Position numbers and translations under genes: made by a program. Source: a virus. Taken from it: 64,000 nucleotides of DNA. Under the pieces are notes generated by a model. It was given only the letters and a program-made list of their open reading frames with translations, was not told where the DNA came from and did no database searches. Location of the stretch: positions 96,001 to 160,000 of the IMG/VR virus record IMGVR_UViG_3300047089_000244. One strand, 5' to 3'. Positions 31,776 to 42,482 of the stretch are shown piece by piece (position 1 is the stretch's first letter; each line of letters opens with the position of its first letter).

Positions 31776-32129
31776 TTATGCTCCCGCTGGTGGATCTTGT
31801 AAAGGTTGAGGGTTTGATATACCCGCAGGCTGTGGGATTGTTTGAGAATCGAACACCCGCGCAAGCTGTGAGCCTGCTTGAGCAACTAACCGGCCCTGCT
31901 GAACGATCGCGCCATTGAGCGCATTGATCGCCTTGATTGCTGTATGTGTCAAGAAGAAAACAGCAAGCCCCGCCCACGCAGTCGTAGCATAGCCGAGGAA
32001 GAAACTACCCAACGCCATGCTTGTCAAAGTAATATCCGAAATAATCGCCAGGACCAAACCAAATACATAGTTAAAAGCATAGGCTGGAAATTCCTTGAAG
32101 ATGGAAAGGATAGTTTGCTGTTCTTTCAT
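31776..32129 (-). CDS. membrane protein
   Basis: Hydrophobic helices. Confidence 0.6.
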   Translation of the reverse strand: MKEQQTILSIFKEFPAYAFNYVFGLVLAIISDITLTSMALGSFFLGYATTAWAGLAVFFLTHTAIKAINALNGAIVQQGRLVAQAGSQLARVFDSQTIPQPAGISNPQPLQDPPAGA

Positions 32130-32623
32130 GTCGTCGCCCCAATGATCGTAGTAGAAGTGTAATGCTCATCCAGGATAGCAGAACGCGATTCACGGAACTT
32201 AGTCAACATTATATTCTGAGCCTGCAATGGAACAAGCGCTGCACCAGTCCGTTGGGCATTACGATGCAAGGCTTGAGTGGGGTTATCGAAGAAGATCAAG
32301 TGCTTCTCTGCACCGTGGTAATCGGCGAGATCCGAGAGCTTCCAACGCGCCTGATAAGCCAACGACGTGGCATCAGCAACAGCATCTTCGCCTTCTTCTA
32401 GTATCTCACCCAGATGGCGATGGAACTCAGCGAAAACTTCCCCGTTGCGTTTTGCATCATATGGCTCTCCCGGCCATTTATACTCACGAATCCGATCGCT
32501 ACTAACGATTGACCACGGCGAAAAGAATGTTCGCGCCCAGGTAGACTTGCCGCTTCCTGGAATGCCTGCCAAGATGAACAAGCGAGGATTATGTCGTTCA
32601 ATAGAGAAATCCATAAATTTCAT
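32126..32623 (-). CDS. polynucleotide kinase-like P-loop kinase (AAA_33)
   Basis: LAGIPGSGKSTW, SSDRIR, ADAT, RNAQR..VP. Confidence 0.85.
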   Translation of the reverse strand: MKFMDFSIERHNPRLFILAGIPGSGKSTWARTFFSPWSIVSSDRIREYKWPGEPYDAKRNGEVFAEFHRHLGEILEEGEDAVADATSLAYQARWKLSDLADYHGAEKHLIFFDNPTQALHRNAQRTGAALVPLQAQNIMLTKFRESRSAILDEHYTSTTIIGATT

Positions 32624-33948
32624 CCTTTAAGTCTTCGAGTTCCATAAGGTGATCGTCATTCTCACAAATGTCTCGCAAAGCTTGATACCACCGCTCTAGG
32701 TCAGAGCGTTCCGGACTAGTGGCCTTAGCCTCTATGAGTTTTGTCGGTTTGTCAGGAAGGCGCTCTTGCCATTCTTTGCGCGCGTACGCCTCCTCATCAA
32801 AGCTACTCGTCCTCTGAAATAGGCCCCTGTGTATCGGGTTCATCCTCAGTCTCCTCATCTAATAGGCCAAGATAACCTGCCAGGGTCATGTGCGATCGAT
32901 CAAGCTGTTTGGCCAACTGGCTTTCCTGTGGCATTGTCAAACCACGCCGATAGCTGTCGGCTAGATCGGTCGCCTGAATATAACTCAACGCCATATTGAC
33001 GGACCAAAGCGCCTCATGTAGATGGTGCCGCATAACCGGCAAATATTCAGTCGGATCATTCTCAGGAAGCTTAGGCTCCTCCTCGACCTCTATCTCAGAC
33101 CCATCGCTCATAACTCTTCCGCTTCTATAACAGAGGCTCCTGTGTGACCAATAATATTCTGTATAGCTTGCTCAAGGTTACCTTCAGCCTCGCTCTCAAA
33201 TATATCGGCGAGACGAAGAATCTTGATAGTTGCTGTGAACTCAACCTCTACCAATTCGTCCTTCTCTATTCTATCGATGATCGATTCACTCATGAGGGAT
33301 CTTCCTTTCCGTAGGCTGGATGACTTGTCCGAGGAGTTGAATCCGCGCCTCAGCGTGCTCATCAAACTCATCATCAATAGCTTCGGCCTTATCTACGTCT
33401 AGGCCATAGCCCTTGTCGAAGATGATCCCCTCCGGGTCCTCGCGAAGATCCCAGACGCCACTCAGATGCTCTGAGCCGTCTTCCTCGCTCGTAATCTCAA
33501 GGGATAGGCCGAGAGGGTGGAAGAAGCGACGGTTAGCCTCTTGGAGGTATCCGCGCTCGCGGAACTCCTTGATGTCGATGTATTTGATGTCAGCCATGGT
33601 GGGATTGTAGCACTACAAGCGACCTTCGCGCTCTTCAACCTCGATAGCAGGAGCGTGCATGCGCAATCCTTGATCGTCATCCCCCATGAGGCCAGTCAAG
33701 GTCAATGGCCATACATCACCATTTTCACCGCGCTTCTTATCCTCGTATGGCTTGACAACGCGCTGGATGAAATCCAGCTTTGCGCCTTCCAAGGAACCGA
33801 GTATCTCGGCGATCTGCTGATAGCATAGACCCTCGCTCTCAAGATACCCCTTGATGAGTTGCTGAATGGCATAGGTTAGCTCTCCCGGACTGGCCGGAGA
33901 GTGACCTCGATCCAGTTCTGCCTTTACGTCTGGTGTAATATACGGCAT
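32598..33948 (-). CDS. short hypothetical ORFs (32598-32858, 32803-33111, 33108-33377, 33286-33597, 33613-33948)
   Basis: Coupled ORFs; MPYI..GELTY..PYEDKK..NGDV in 33613-33948 is a common phage motif. Confidence 0.6.
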
Positions 33949-34343
33949 CAGATACCGTGCGCTCTTTGTAGATCACGACGCGACACTTTCTTGAGGCTCG
34001 GGTAATGAACGATCTCTAGGCCCAAGAGACGACCGAAGTACGTCTCCAGTTTTGCCCCTTTGGAATACTGCCATCCGGGCAGAACCGCAATGCCTTCAAT
34101 ACCTGTGTCTCCAATAAGCTTGAGGTCTTCCGACAGAAGCTCAGCCCAAGAACGTACGGACGCGCCTAGACCATCTTTGGACTTGAGGAGTTGGCGGCGC
34201 TCAGCCGGGATATCAAGATCCACCGGCAGAACAGCATCGAAGTCGCGCTCGATCAAGTCCTTTTGGGCGCTTAGGAACGCTGGAACGTTGAACTGCGGAT
34301 GACCGCTCATAGGTCCTGCGATGTATATACGATGTGTCTTCAT
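33948..34343 (-). CDS. DUF4406 / nucleoside 2-deoxyribosyltransferase-like protein
   Basis: IYIAGPMSG.P.FN.PAF ... LPGW..SKGAKLE. Confidence 0.8.
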   Translation of the reverse strand: MKTHRIYIAGPMSGHPQFNVPAFLSAQKDLIERDFDAVLPVDLDIPAERRQLLKSKDGLGASVRSWAELLSEDLKLIGDTGIEGIAVLPGWQYSKGAKLETYFGRLLGLEIVHYPSLKKVSRRDLQRAHGI

Positions 34344-34507
34344 GATACCTCCTAGAGTAGCAGATACGATTCTTCGTTATAGCAAAAGCAACGCGTTAGC
34401 AACGGCCAACATGATCGTCGCTACGCCTACCTTGTAGTTGTGTTCCGCAAATGCCACAACGCCAATAAGCGCGAATGATGCAACGGCGATATAAGTAAAG
34501 ATCAGTT

Positions 34508-34987
34508 TCACTGACTTACACCATCTGATCCGTCTCTCGTTAGATGCTGGGTGCCACTAATCGATCCCAACATAGTACCATTCCACCCTTGGCCAACTGG
34601 TTTTGTATATGGTGATCGATCATCTTTCTCCGGATACTGCTCCTCAAAGCGCATAAGTGCAAGAAGATGAAAGATGGCTGAAGCTAAATGATGACATTGT
34701 GTCTCCTCATCAAGTGTCTCATGCTCTTGCCAAAACTTCTTCATGTGTCGCTGTGCCGATGCGTATGAAGAAGACCAGACATACCCCTTCTCCCAATTGC
34801 GCGCCGCATACTTGAGTGCACCCTTACCATAAAGCTCAGCTACCTTGTCAAGCTGATCCCAAGGTAGTAAGTCATAGCGCTGGATCTTTTGACCCTTTTC
34901 TCCTCCAGTAGCCTCGTCTCTGACACGAATCTCGTCCTTACGGAGGTTATCAAACATTCCTCCATGATCCGATCCATCTGCTGGCAT
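34508..34987 (-). CDS. dATP/dGTP diphosphohydrolase-like protein (DUF5664)
   Basis: RYDLLP..GALKY..RNWEKG..RH..D.E...HHLA. Confidence 0.8.
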   Translation of the reverse strand: MPADGSDHGGMFDNLRKDEIRVRDEATGGEKGQKIQRYDLLPWDQLDKVAELYGKGALKYAARNWEKGYVWSSSYASAQRHMKKFWQEHETLDEETQCHHLASAIFHLLALMRFEEQYPEKDDRSPYTKPVGQGWNGTMLGSISGTQHLTRDGSDGVSQ

Positions 34988-35530
34988 TATACTGTCTCCT
35001 CTTTCATAGTTGTGTAATACCCGACCGAGCGATTCGGGATTAGTTCGCCTCGATTGTTTTCTTTCGTAGGCGGCTGCGTCAAATCTTCTAGCTGCCGTAA
35101 CTCCTCGCAGACCCCTCGCTTACTATGCTTCCTGCCGCATAGTTTACACCAGGCAACCGCACGGGTCTCCTTATGCGACACGGGGTGTAGAGCACGCGCA
35201 GCCTTGATCCACCAAGGGATCAAAGGATTCGTGTAGAACTCCTTCTCTTCATCCGCCGCTTGGACCTTTGCGAAATCCCCTAGAGGAATAATCGGGCTCT
35301 TACGTTTCCTCATGTCGTTGCAATACTTATCAGGAGGTTGTGATTCATTGCTACCTCCAGCATAGCACCTTCAGCTTCGCACTGAGCAGCGGGGGAAAGT
35401 GTCTCGCCCGTCTGATCGTAGAGAACAATACAAACGGCGTTCTTCTTCTGCTGGTAGGTCTGGCGTAGTTCCTTCTTTTTAGCAGCCATGCTGGCTCCTT
35501 GTACTTGACTTTTCGCTCGCTGGACGAGCC

Positions 35531-36853
35531 TTATCGATACTGCTGGTCACGCCATAATAGCGTGCCGTTTACGTAAGTTGCGTTCTCGATACGGAAGAAC
35601 CCATCCGGGTGAACCGTAACTGTCGTGAAGCCCTGCTGCCAATCAGGCAGCGGAGTGAAGTTCGGCCACTTACGTCCCTTAAGTGGCGTCTGATCCACAC
35701 GACACATGCATCCTGCCTCTGCTGCCGTCAGGGTTGTGATCGCACCATCGATGTCGTGGGTCGTCTTGTAGATAATCGACTGACGATGCGTATGACCGAC
35801 GATCACGCTATAGCCCAAGTGTTCGAGAGTAGCGAGCGCGGAAGCACCAGAACCTTGACGAGCAATCCATCCATGGCGGACAGCAAGCTTATTGCTAAGA
35901 TTGATCTGTGCTAGATCATATGCGCCCTTTGGGTCGATATACTCAATACCTAGCTCGTCCAGGCGAAGCAAGAATGGTAGCCCTAGAGCGACTACTCCCT
36001 CCGCCTCCGGTGAATCAGCTTGCTTCGCGCCGTAGAGGGGCTGCATCGATGGCTTGTCAAGCAGAATGTTGCGCAAGCGCTCATCGTGATTGCCCGCAAG
36101 CTTCCTCATGCGAGCATTTGGTGCTGCTGTACGAATACCACGCAGTAAGTTGTATCCACTCTGCGTACACTCATTAACGGTGGCGGTGTTCTCTGGGTCC
36201 AGTCGATGTCGGCTGATCTCAGGATAATCCACTGTGTCGCCAAGCAATGCAATCTCATCCGGGTCGTTCTCTTCGAGCCAAGCACAAGAGAGATAGTAAA
36301 GATTCTCGTCATAGAAGGGGGCCTGTTGGTCGCCCATAACAACAATGAGTTTGGTACCTTTGGTTGAAGCCCTATGGCGTGGAGGGGCTATCCAACCATC
36401 AGACCGCGCGGGGATAAGCTGTAGCTCGGGGTGCTTGCGTCTAAGGTTGAGCTTCGCCTGATGGTAAGTAACCATACCTTCCTCAGCGCTCGGTCCATCC
36501 CACTCGTTGATCGTGGCGCTGTCAATGACCCATTCCTCCGGGTCAAGCCCGCGCTCGCGGAGCATCGCATCGGGATCATCCATCGGGTTAGTCCTGTGAG
36601 CGGAAGAGGTAACCTCGCCCTCGTCCCCCGTGATCTTATAGCCAGCGTTAGCGGCTTTGTTGTTGACCTCCAGACCGTGCCGTTTGCGAAACCGGCGAAT
36701 CGACCCCTCGGTTGATTCAACTCGATACTCTGATGCCCAGAGCGCCTTAACTACAGAAGCATTCGTCTCTCCTCGACCAATCAGATCTTTGACGAAACCA
36801 ACGATCGGCTCCTGATCAAGCGGACTTTGTTTCTGTGTCGTCTGTTGGGTCAC
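35531..36853 (-). CDS. calcineurin-like metallophosphoesterase
   Basis: GDQQ, LGDTVD, GNHDER, HG, GHTHR. Confidence 0.85.
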   Translation of the reverse strand: MTQQTTQKQSPLDQEPIVGFVKDLIGRGETNASVVKALWASEYRVESTEGSIRRFRKRHGLEVNNKAANAGYKITGDEGEVTSSAHRTNPMDDPDAMLRERGLDPEEWVIDSATINEWDGPSAEEGMVTYHQAKLNLRRKHPELQLIPARSDGWIAPPRHRASTKGTKLIVVMGDQQAPFYDENLYYLSCAWLEENDPDEIALLGDTVDYPEISRHRLDPENTATVNECTQSGYNLLRGIRTAAPNARMRKLAGNHDERLRNILLDKPSMQPLYGAKQADSPEAEGVVALGLPFLLRLDELGIEYIDPKGAYDLAQINLSNKLAVRHGWIARQGSGASALATLEHLGYSVIVGHTHRQSIIYKTTHDIDGAITTLTAAEAGCMCRVDQTPLKGRKWPNFTPLPDWQQGFTTVTVHPDGFFRIENATYVNGTLLWRDQQYR

Positions 36854-39401
36854 TCTTATCCTTTGAATCGAGGTCTATATCGTAATCGATATCTGCGTGC
36901 AAATCGTCAATGATCGAATACTTCTTCGATTGTTCAATGAGAATACGGCTCTTGGTTGGAGTTTCCATAATGATCTCATCGTTACTTGCTGTCTTCTGAA
37001 GCTCTTGGTTTCTCTTTAGTATGAATTCCTCGTCTGGCTTTGCCAGTGTAGCATCCGTCTTTGTTTCAGTGACGGAGGTCGTCAGTGTAGCAGCTATCTC
37101 ATCCGCCACTTGCCTCTGGTACGTAGCCGCATACTTTGGCCACTCAACGTAAAGATCACCAATGGCCTTACGTGAGATTTTCTCTAGATCCCCTCCGTGG
37201 TAGCTGTCCTCCAGATAATCTACGAATGGCAGACCGAGATCCGGGTACTCATCAAGGAACTTGTCTAGCTCTGAACCCTCTGCCACACTTAGGCGCGTAG
37301 TACCATCGTTGGACGTGTTGTAGGTCAGTCCAGGACGACGCTCGTTACTCACTTGTGGTACGGAACCCGCTGGACCCGGCTGCATCGGGGACGTTGCTGG
37401 TGGTCCGCCCCCTGGAGGCGCTGTACCCGGTCCTGATCCCAAACCTGGGGGTGCAGGCGGCATAACGATAGCTTCGCCTCCTGGGCCTGCTCCTGGACCT
37501 CCTGGAGGACCTCCTGCACCAGGACCGCCCGGTGGTGGCCCACCCATGCCCTGTGTGGCCCCTTGCGGTGCTCCGCCACCTGCACCAGGACCGTGGATAA
37601 GCACAGACTCACACTCGGCCTTAAGATCGAGCGGTACCGGCAAACCTTTGATCGTGAGCGCGTAGTAGGTCTCCATCTTCGCTTCCTGCTGCGCGATCGT
37701 CTGCTCCTTCAACTCGGTGTTATACTCATTGATCTTGTCCTTGTACTTCCAGTCCACACCAATGAGCAAATCTGCATTTGGCAGCGGTACACCCATCTGA
37801 CGTAGCTCCATGAGGAACTGACGCTCAGTTGCCTCATCGCGTAGGTCAAAGGTTGCGAAGGTAAGATCCGGTACGAGAAGCTTCGGAACCTCCTTAATTT
37901 CCTTGTTGCCTTCGTCGTCATATACCACAACGCGCTCGAAAATCGGTACGCGAGTCTGACCCTTTTTCTCATAGTCCTGATGACCTTGTGCCTCAGCGAC
38001 AACAAGAGCACGCTCACGGTAGTGAGCCTTGAGCATGTTCTGGAACGTCTTAAGAATCTGGTTCATGAACTCAGCTTGGAGCGCGCTCGATGCATATGGC
38101 TGCGAATTCGAACCAGCAGATAGGAGAGACGGGTTGACGCCAAAGACCTGCATGATGCGACGCTCGATGCGATCGAAATCATCACCAAGACGGGGCATCT
38201 GCTCCCGCCCGAAGACTGACGTGATGTCGAGACCGAAGTGATGCACCATGAGACGGAAGTCAGATGCAAGCGCAATATCAAGATCATCACGCACAGACTC
38301 AAGCTCGGCAGGCGTCGGAATCCATGGAGGTAGACCCTCGCCCATGTCCATGATACCGAGCTTGGCTAGAATGAGCGGTGAATACAAACGCTCAGCAATA
38401 GCTTCCTGAGATGCGAGAAGCTTTTCCTCATAGAGGAGCGTACGCAGGCCGCGCAGAAGGATCGGCGTGCCGTGATCATCCCAGTTGTTCATCTTGTTAG
38501 CAACCTGACGGATCATCACTGGAGAGATAGGGATATGCTCGCCCTTGAGTAAATATGGAATGAGATCCGCGTAATTCTCCTGGAGCATGTACCACTCGCG
38601 TGCAGGGCTCTTGGTCTGAGCGATGCGACGCAGGTAATCGGGCGGAACGATCTTCAACTGCTGTGTGTTGAGGAATGGGAAGTTGTCAATCACCACGTCC
38701 TCCGGGTTAATCAACTCCTCATGCTCCCAGACGCCGAGATCCTCATCAAACGAACCGAGAGGAAATGCCTCGCCAACACACCAATACTCGCGACCCAGCG
38801 AGACGAAGAACTCGTCATAGCTGAGGTTACGCATGAAAATCTCCTCATAGATATCTGTCAGCGCGTGATCCTTGCATTCAAACTCCATGCCGATAAGTGG
38901 AAAGCGTGTGAAAATGTCGATCAGCGTCGGAACTAGATAATGGGTGGCGTAGTACAGGCGCAGCCACTTGTGAAGCTTGTGTCGATGTCCCTCGTCTGCG
39001 ACGTTCCACGGGAGGCCCGAAAGGTCCCAATACTCAAGGGGATCATAGAAGCGCGGGATCGCGTTCTGCGCATCAGTGCCGCTCGGAGAGACGCTAGCTG
39101 CTGTGCGCTGCATTCGTCTTGAAAGAGTGCGTTTCTCACCCATAGCCTGAATCTTGGACTGGTTCTCCTTGAGCATACGCTGAACCTCCGGAGAATTCAA
39201 GTTATCTGCCGTGATCGATTTACCGACGCTATATGACAAATTATCTAGACTTACTCCAGCGGCCTTCTGAATCGCGCGTGTTTGTGTTACCGCCTCTCCG
39301 TATGACTGCGCAGCCCGACCAGAGTGACGTGGCATAACAAGTCCATTACGACGCAGCCGCGCCAACTCTGCATCCAATTTTTGCTGATCAAGATCGGCCA
39401 T
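36816..39401 (-). CDS. portal protein with Gly/Pro-rich C-terminal extension
   Basis: YATHYLVPTLIDIFTRFP, REYWCVGEAF, GTPILLR, RLYSPLILAKLG, DFRLMVHHFG; near TerL. Confidence 0.8.
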   Translation of the reverse strand: MADLDQQKLDAELARLRRNGLVMPRHSGRAAQSYGEAVTQTRAIQKAAGVSLDNLSYSVGKSITADNLNSPEVQRMLKENQSKIQAMGEKRTLSRRMQRTAASVSPSGTDAQNAIPRFYDPLEYWDLSGLPWNVADEGHRHKLHKWLRLYYATHYLVPTLIDIFTRFPLIGMEFECKDHALTDIYEEIFMRNLSYDEFFVSLGREYWCVGEAFPLGSFDEDLGVWEHEELINPEDVVIDNFPFLNTQQLKIVPPDYLRRIAQTKSPAREWYMLQENYADLIPYLLKGEHIPISPVMIRQVANKMNNWDDHGTPILLRGLRTLLYEEKLLASQEAIAERLYSPLILAKLGIMDMGEGLPPWIPTPAELESVRDDLDIALASDFRLMVHHFGLDITSVFGREQMPRLGDDFDRIERRIMQVFGVNPSLLSAGSNSQPYASSALQAEFMNQILKTFQNMLKAHYRERALVVAEAQGHQDYEKKGQTRVPIFERVVVYDDEGNKEIKEVPKLLVPDLTFATFDLRDEATERQFLMELRQMGVPLPNADLLIGVDWKYKDKINEYNTELKEQTIAQQEAKMETYYALTIKGLPVPLDLKAECESVLIHGPGAGGGAPQGATQGMGGPPPGGPGAGGPPGGPGAGPGGEAIVMPPAPPGLGSGPGTAPPGGGPPATSPMQPGPAGSVPQVSNERRPGLTYNTSNDGTTRLSVAEGSELDKFLDEYPDLGLPFVDYLEDSYHGGDLEKISRKAIGDLYVEWPKYAATYQRQVADEIAATLTTSVTETKTDATLAKPDEEFILKRNQELQKTASNDEIIMETPTKSRILIEQSKKYSIIDDLHADIDYDIDLDSKDKSDPTDDTETKSA

Positions 39402-39453
39402 TACTCTTTATCTCTTTGATCGACTCCTGAATGGAGCCCATCCGAGATTTACA

Positions 39454-40470
39454 CTATAACAGATGAGAAACGCGCTTGATGGTGGCGACTGAGATAAACC
39501 CGTCTCTGTCAGCGCTTCCTGCAACTTCTTTGTGTTTGCGTTTAGTGCATTCACCGCAAACACCATGTGTGTTAGATACCATAGCTTCAACCGGATTCAT
39601 TGGTTTACCACAATCCTGGCACTTCTCTTCATCGGCAGCAACCTTGCTGTTTACAACAGGAATTTGTACACCCTCGGTGTTTTGACCTTCCTGTGTTCGT
39701 TTCATCATTTCACCCTGTTTTTCCTGTGCTGCCGCCATTGCCGCTTGCGGGGCTGCTCCCTGTGCCACAGCACGTTGATAGGTGTACTGGGCAGCAGGGT
39801 GCATACTCTCAACTTCACCCTCATATGCACCCGGATTGTAAGGAAGAGCCGTTTCTTTCTGCTCATAAGGAACACCCTGAGGTGGCATAGATATCTCAGC
39901 CACCTTCGCCTGAGCCATGATTGCTTCCTCGTGCCCACAGTTAGGGCACATAGCTCCGCGTTGTCCATTGAATGCCTGCATACCATGACCACACTGACGA
40001 CAAGGCTGCACAGCGCCCCATCCTTGCTCCGCCTCATTCGGGTGCGTATGTTGTTCGACTAGAGGAGCAAATTGCTGCTCCGGGAAAATCGGGGAGGCCG
40101 TATGTACAGAACCCATAACGCCCTCCCAGCGAATCGGTTGCTGTTTGTTACCGCAATGCGGGCAATTTAACCGATGCTCAACGACAAACGGAGCAAGAGA
40201 AGCACCACAATGTGTACAAGGGGCCGTCTTTGGGTCTGCGGATGGAGGTACGATCAAATCTGGATTTTGCTGCGCCGGAATTGACAATACGTCTGCGGTC
40301 TTGCTTTCAAGTGCGTCGAGTACGCTCGCGCCCTTGCTCCCGTGACAATCAGAGCAGTCACAGGTGCCCTTGCAATCCTCGCAGTTACCTTCGCAACATG
40401 CTGCACAAGTATGAGACTTACCCGATGCAAGCCATTCATCGCGTGTGGCTTTTTCGAAACGGAGAGGCAT
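39454..40470 (-). CDS. multi Zn-ribbon head-associated protein
   Basis: Several CxxC pairs separated by KTA/HTA/KVA. Confidence 0.65.
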   Translation of the reverse strand: MPLRFEKATRDEWLASGKSHTCAACCEGNCEDCKGTCDCSDCHGSKGASVLDALESKTADVLSIPAQQNPDLIVPPSADPKTAPCTHCGASLAPFVVEHRLNCPHCGNKQQPIRWEGVMGSVHTASPIFPEQQFAPLVEQHTHPNEAEQGWGAVQPCRQCGHGMQAFNGQRGAMCPNCGHEEAIMAQAKVAEISMPPQGVPYEQKETALPYNPGAYEGEVESMHPAAQYTYQRAVAQGAAPQAAMAAAQEKQGEMMKRTQEGQNTEGVQIPVVNSKVAADEEKCQDCGKPMNPVEAMVSNTHGVCGECTKRKHKEVAGSADRDGFISVATIKRVSHLL

Positions 40471-41430
40471 CTACGCCTCCAAGGACTCAGACTTGACAGG
40501 ATCAGTCTGTCCACCGTCACCAAAGGTTTTTGTGTGCGGGGCCATATCTTGGTTGTTACCCGCAAAACCAGCATCGTCTAGACCCGTGCCTGTAGGAAGC
40601 GTCTCAACAGTCGTAAGCGCATTAATCTCATCCATATCATGCGCGGGTCCTGTAAGATTCTCTTTAGGCATGATCTCCATCACGTCCTTTTGTACCGTGG
40701 GGTGGCGCTCACTTGGTACGTCAATCGGCTTTACGCTTTTCGGCGTCCAGCGCTTCTTATCCATCTTGGGAGAAGGTCCGGAGAGCCCAGTGTTACCTTT
40801 ATCGGCTATATGCAGAGACGACTTCTTACCCGGAGGTGTGTGCATATCAGGGTTGATCAACTGAAAAATGCCATTTGGTCCTATCTTGGCCCTTCCTGCC
40901 TGAATCAGTTGACGCTCATGCTCGGTAAGATTATCCTCACCGCTACCACTTGCTGGCTCAATATATGCTGCTTGAACTAAAGGGACAGCATCAGCGGTCT
41001 TTGCCGCAAACTCAAGTGAATCATCATCATCATCGTCAGAATCATCAGAGTCCTTATCCTTCTTATCCTTCTTCTTATCCTTCTTGGACTTTGGCTTCTC
41101 TGAATCATCACCGTCGTTATCACTATCGTCATCGTCCTCTAGCCACGGGGGCTTGCCTGCTGTGCGGTAATGATCGTGGAGTGTAACGATTAAGCTATCT
41201 GGGTCATCATGACCAATTTCGTCAGCCGCTACTCGAACGATGCCCGCGAAATCCTCTGCGACTAGATCGTAGCGCGCGTCAAATTCCTCAGCGCTCTTAG
41301 AAGCAGCAAGGAACTTACCGAGGCGAGCGTCGATGCGATCACGCGAGAGCACGAGGGCCTTACGTGATGCCAAACGAGCGTCACTCTGGTCTGATGCGAG
41401 TACTTCAAAGATTCCTGCGAACTCAGTCAT
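40471..41430 (-). CDS. putative head/scaffold-associated protein
   Basis: LGKFLAASKSAEEFDAR; PPWL plus D/K-rich tract; lies between TerL and portal. Confidence 0.55.
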   Translation of the reverse strand: MTEFAGIFEVLASDQSDARLASRKALVLSRDRIDARLGKFLAASKSAEEFDARYDLVAEDFAGIVRVAADEIGHDDPDSLIVTLHDHYRTAGKPPWLEDDDDSDNDGDDSEKPKSKKDKKKDKKDKDSDDSDDDDDDSLEFAAKTADAVPLVQAAYIEPASGSGEDNLTEHERQLIQAGRAKIGPNGIFQLINPDMHTPPGKKSSLHIADKGNTGLSGPSPKMDKKRWTPKSVKPIDVPSERHPTVQKDVMEIMPKENLTGPAHDMDEINALTTVETLPTGTGLDDAGFAGNNQDMAPHTKTFGDGGQTDPVKSESLEA

Positions 41431-41438
41431 AAAATCTC

Positions 41439-42446
41439 CTAAAGGAAGAGGCTATCGTCAGGGAGCTTCTTCGCCTTCTTCTCTTTCTTTGCCGTCTTCT
41501 CAGCCTTCTTCTTTGCAGACTTGTTGCGATCCTTCAACTCGTCACGACGTGCCTGCTCAACTTTAGCCAAGAACTGCTCACGGTATGTGTCTACCGCCTC
41601 TCCCTGGTAACCAGCGGTCTTAGAGACAATATGTGAGAGTGCCATCTCGCGTGTGATACCTTGATCAGCTAGCGCGCCTGTATCGAGTCCGGCAACGAAT
41701 TGAGCAGGCTCCTCAATCAATATACGGTCGAAATCTTGGCTTGCGCTTTCCGCGATCATGTCGCTGACGGTCTCATCGAGCCATGAGCCAGATCCAGGAC
41801 CAAGATCAGCCTGCTCAACCGCACCCGTCTTGAACGGTGCTGGTGGAGCGAAGGCTTCTGCGTCCGATAGCTCTAGGTGAGCCAGTGCGTCACGAACCTC
41901 GCGCTTCTCGTGCTCAGCGTTTATCACGATCTCGCTAGCCTTACGCTGCTCCTCGTAAGATGCATGACGTTGGAACTCTGTCGCTGCAACAACTAGATTG
42001 TCTAGACTGTCGATGCGTGCTGCCAACGACTCCTTAGTGCCCTCAGGGGTCTCATTGAGCGTTCCTTCGAGATACTCAAGTGCGCTCTCTGGCGCTGCGG
42101 CCTCAATTGTCTGATACTCGATATCCTTGTCATTCCCAGCGTGTGCCTCAAGGCGAATAATTCGATTGTTCTCTAGACGTACGGTAACAAGCTTCTCACC
42201 CCACTGCCCATCATGATGCCCCAGGATTTCTCCTTTGAGTCCACTAGGCGTAACAATATGCGTAGCACTTGACTTCTTGTGCTCTATCGCCTTGGCACTA
42301 CGATCTGAAGATAGGCCCTCAAGATACTCTAGAGCCGACTCCTCGACCTTTGCGAAGACGGTACCCTGAGCGATAAGCTGATCCTCAAAAAAGGCAAGGA
42401 CCTGGTTGCCTTCGCGTACAAAAGTGGGTGCGAGTGTAGCCATCAC
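41439..42446 (-). CDS. putative head-associated protein
   Basis: Position; FL..VE.ARR.EL..R and PDDSLFL C-terminus. Confidence 0.55.
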   Translation of the reverse strand: MMATLAPTFVREGNQVLAFFEDQLIAQGTVFAKVEESALEYLEGLSSDRSAKAIEHKKSSATHIVTPSGLKGEILGHHDGQWGEKLVTVRLENNRIIRLEAHAGNDKDIEYQTIEAAAPESALEYLEGTLNETPEGTKESLAARIDSLDNLVVAATEFQRHASYEEQRKASEIVINAEHEKREVRDALAHLELSDAEAFAPPAPFKTGAVEQADLGPGSGSWLDETVSDMIAESASQDFDRILIEEPAQFVAGLDTGALADQGITREMALSHIVSKTAGYQGEAVDTYREQFLAKVEQARRDELKDRNKSAKKKAEKTAKKEKKAKKLPDDSLFL

Positions 42447-42482
42447 CCGTTATGAAGCAGAAGCTAGACTTTTGTAAGCCCA

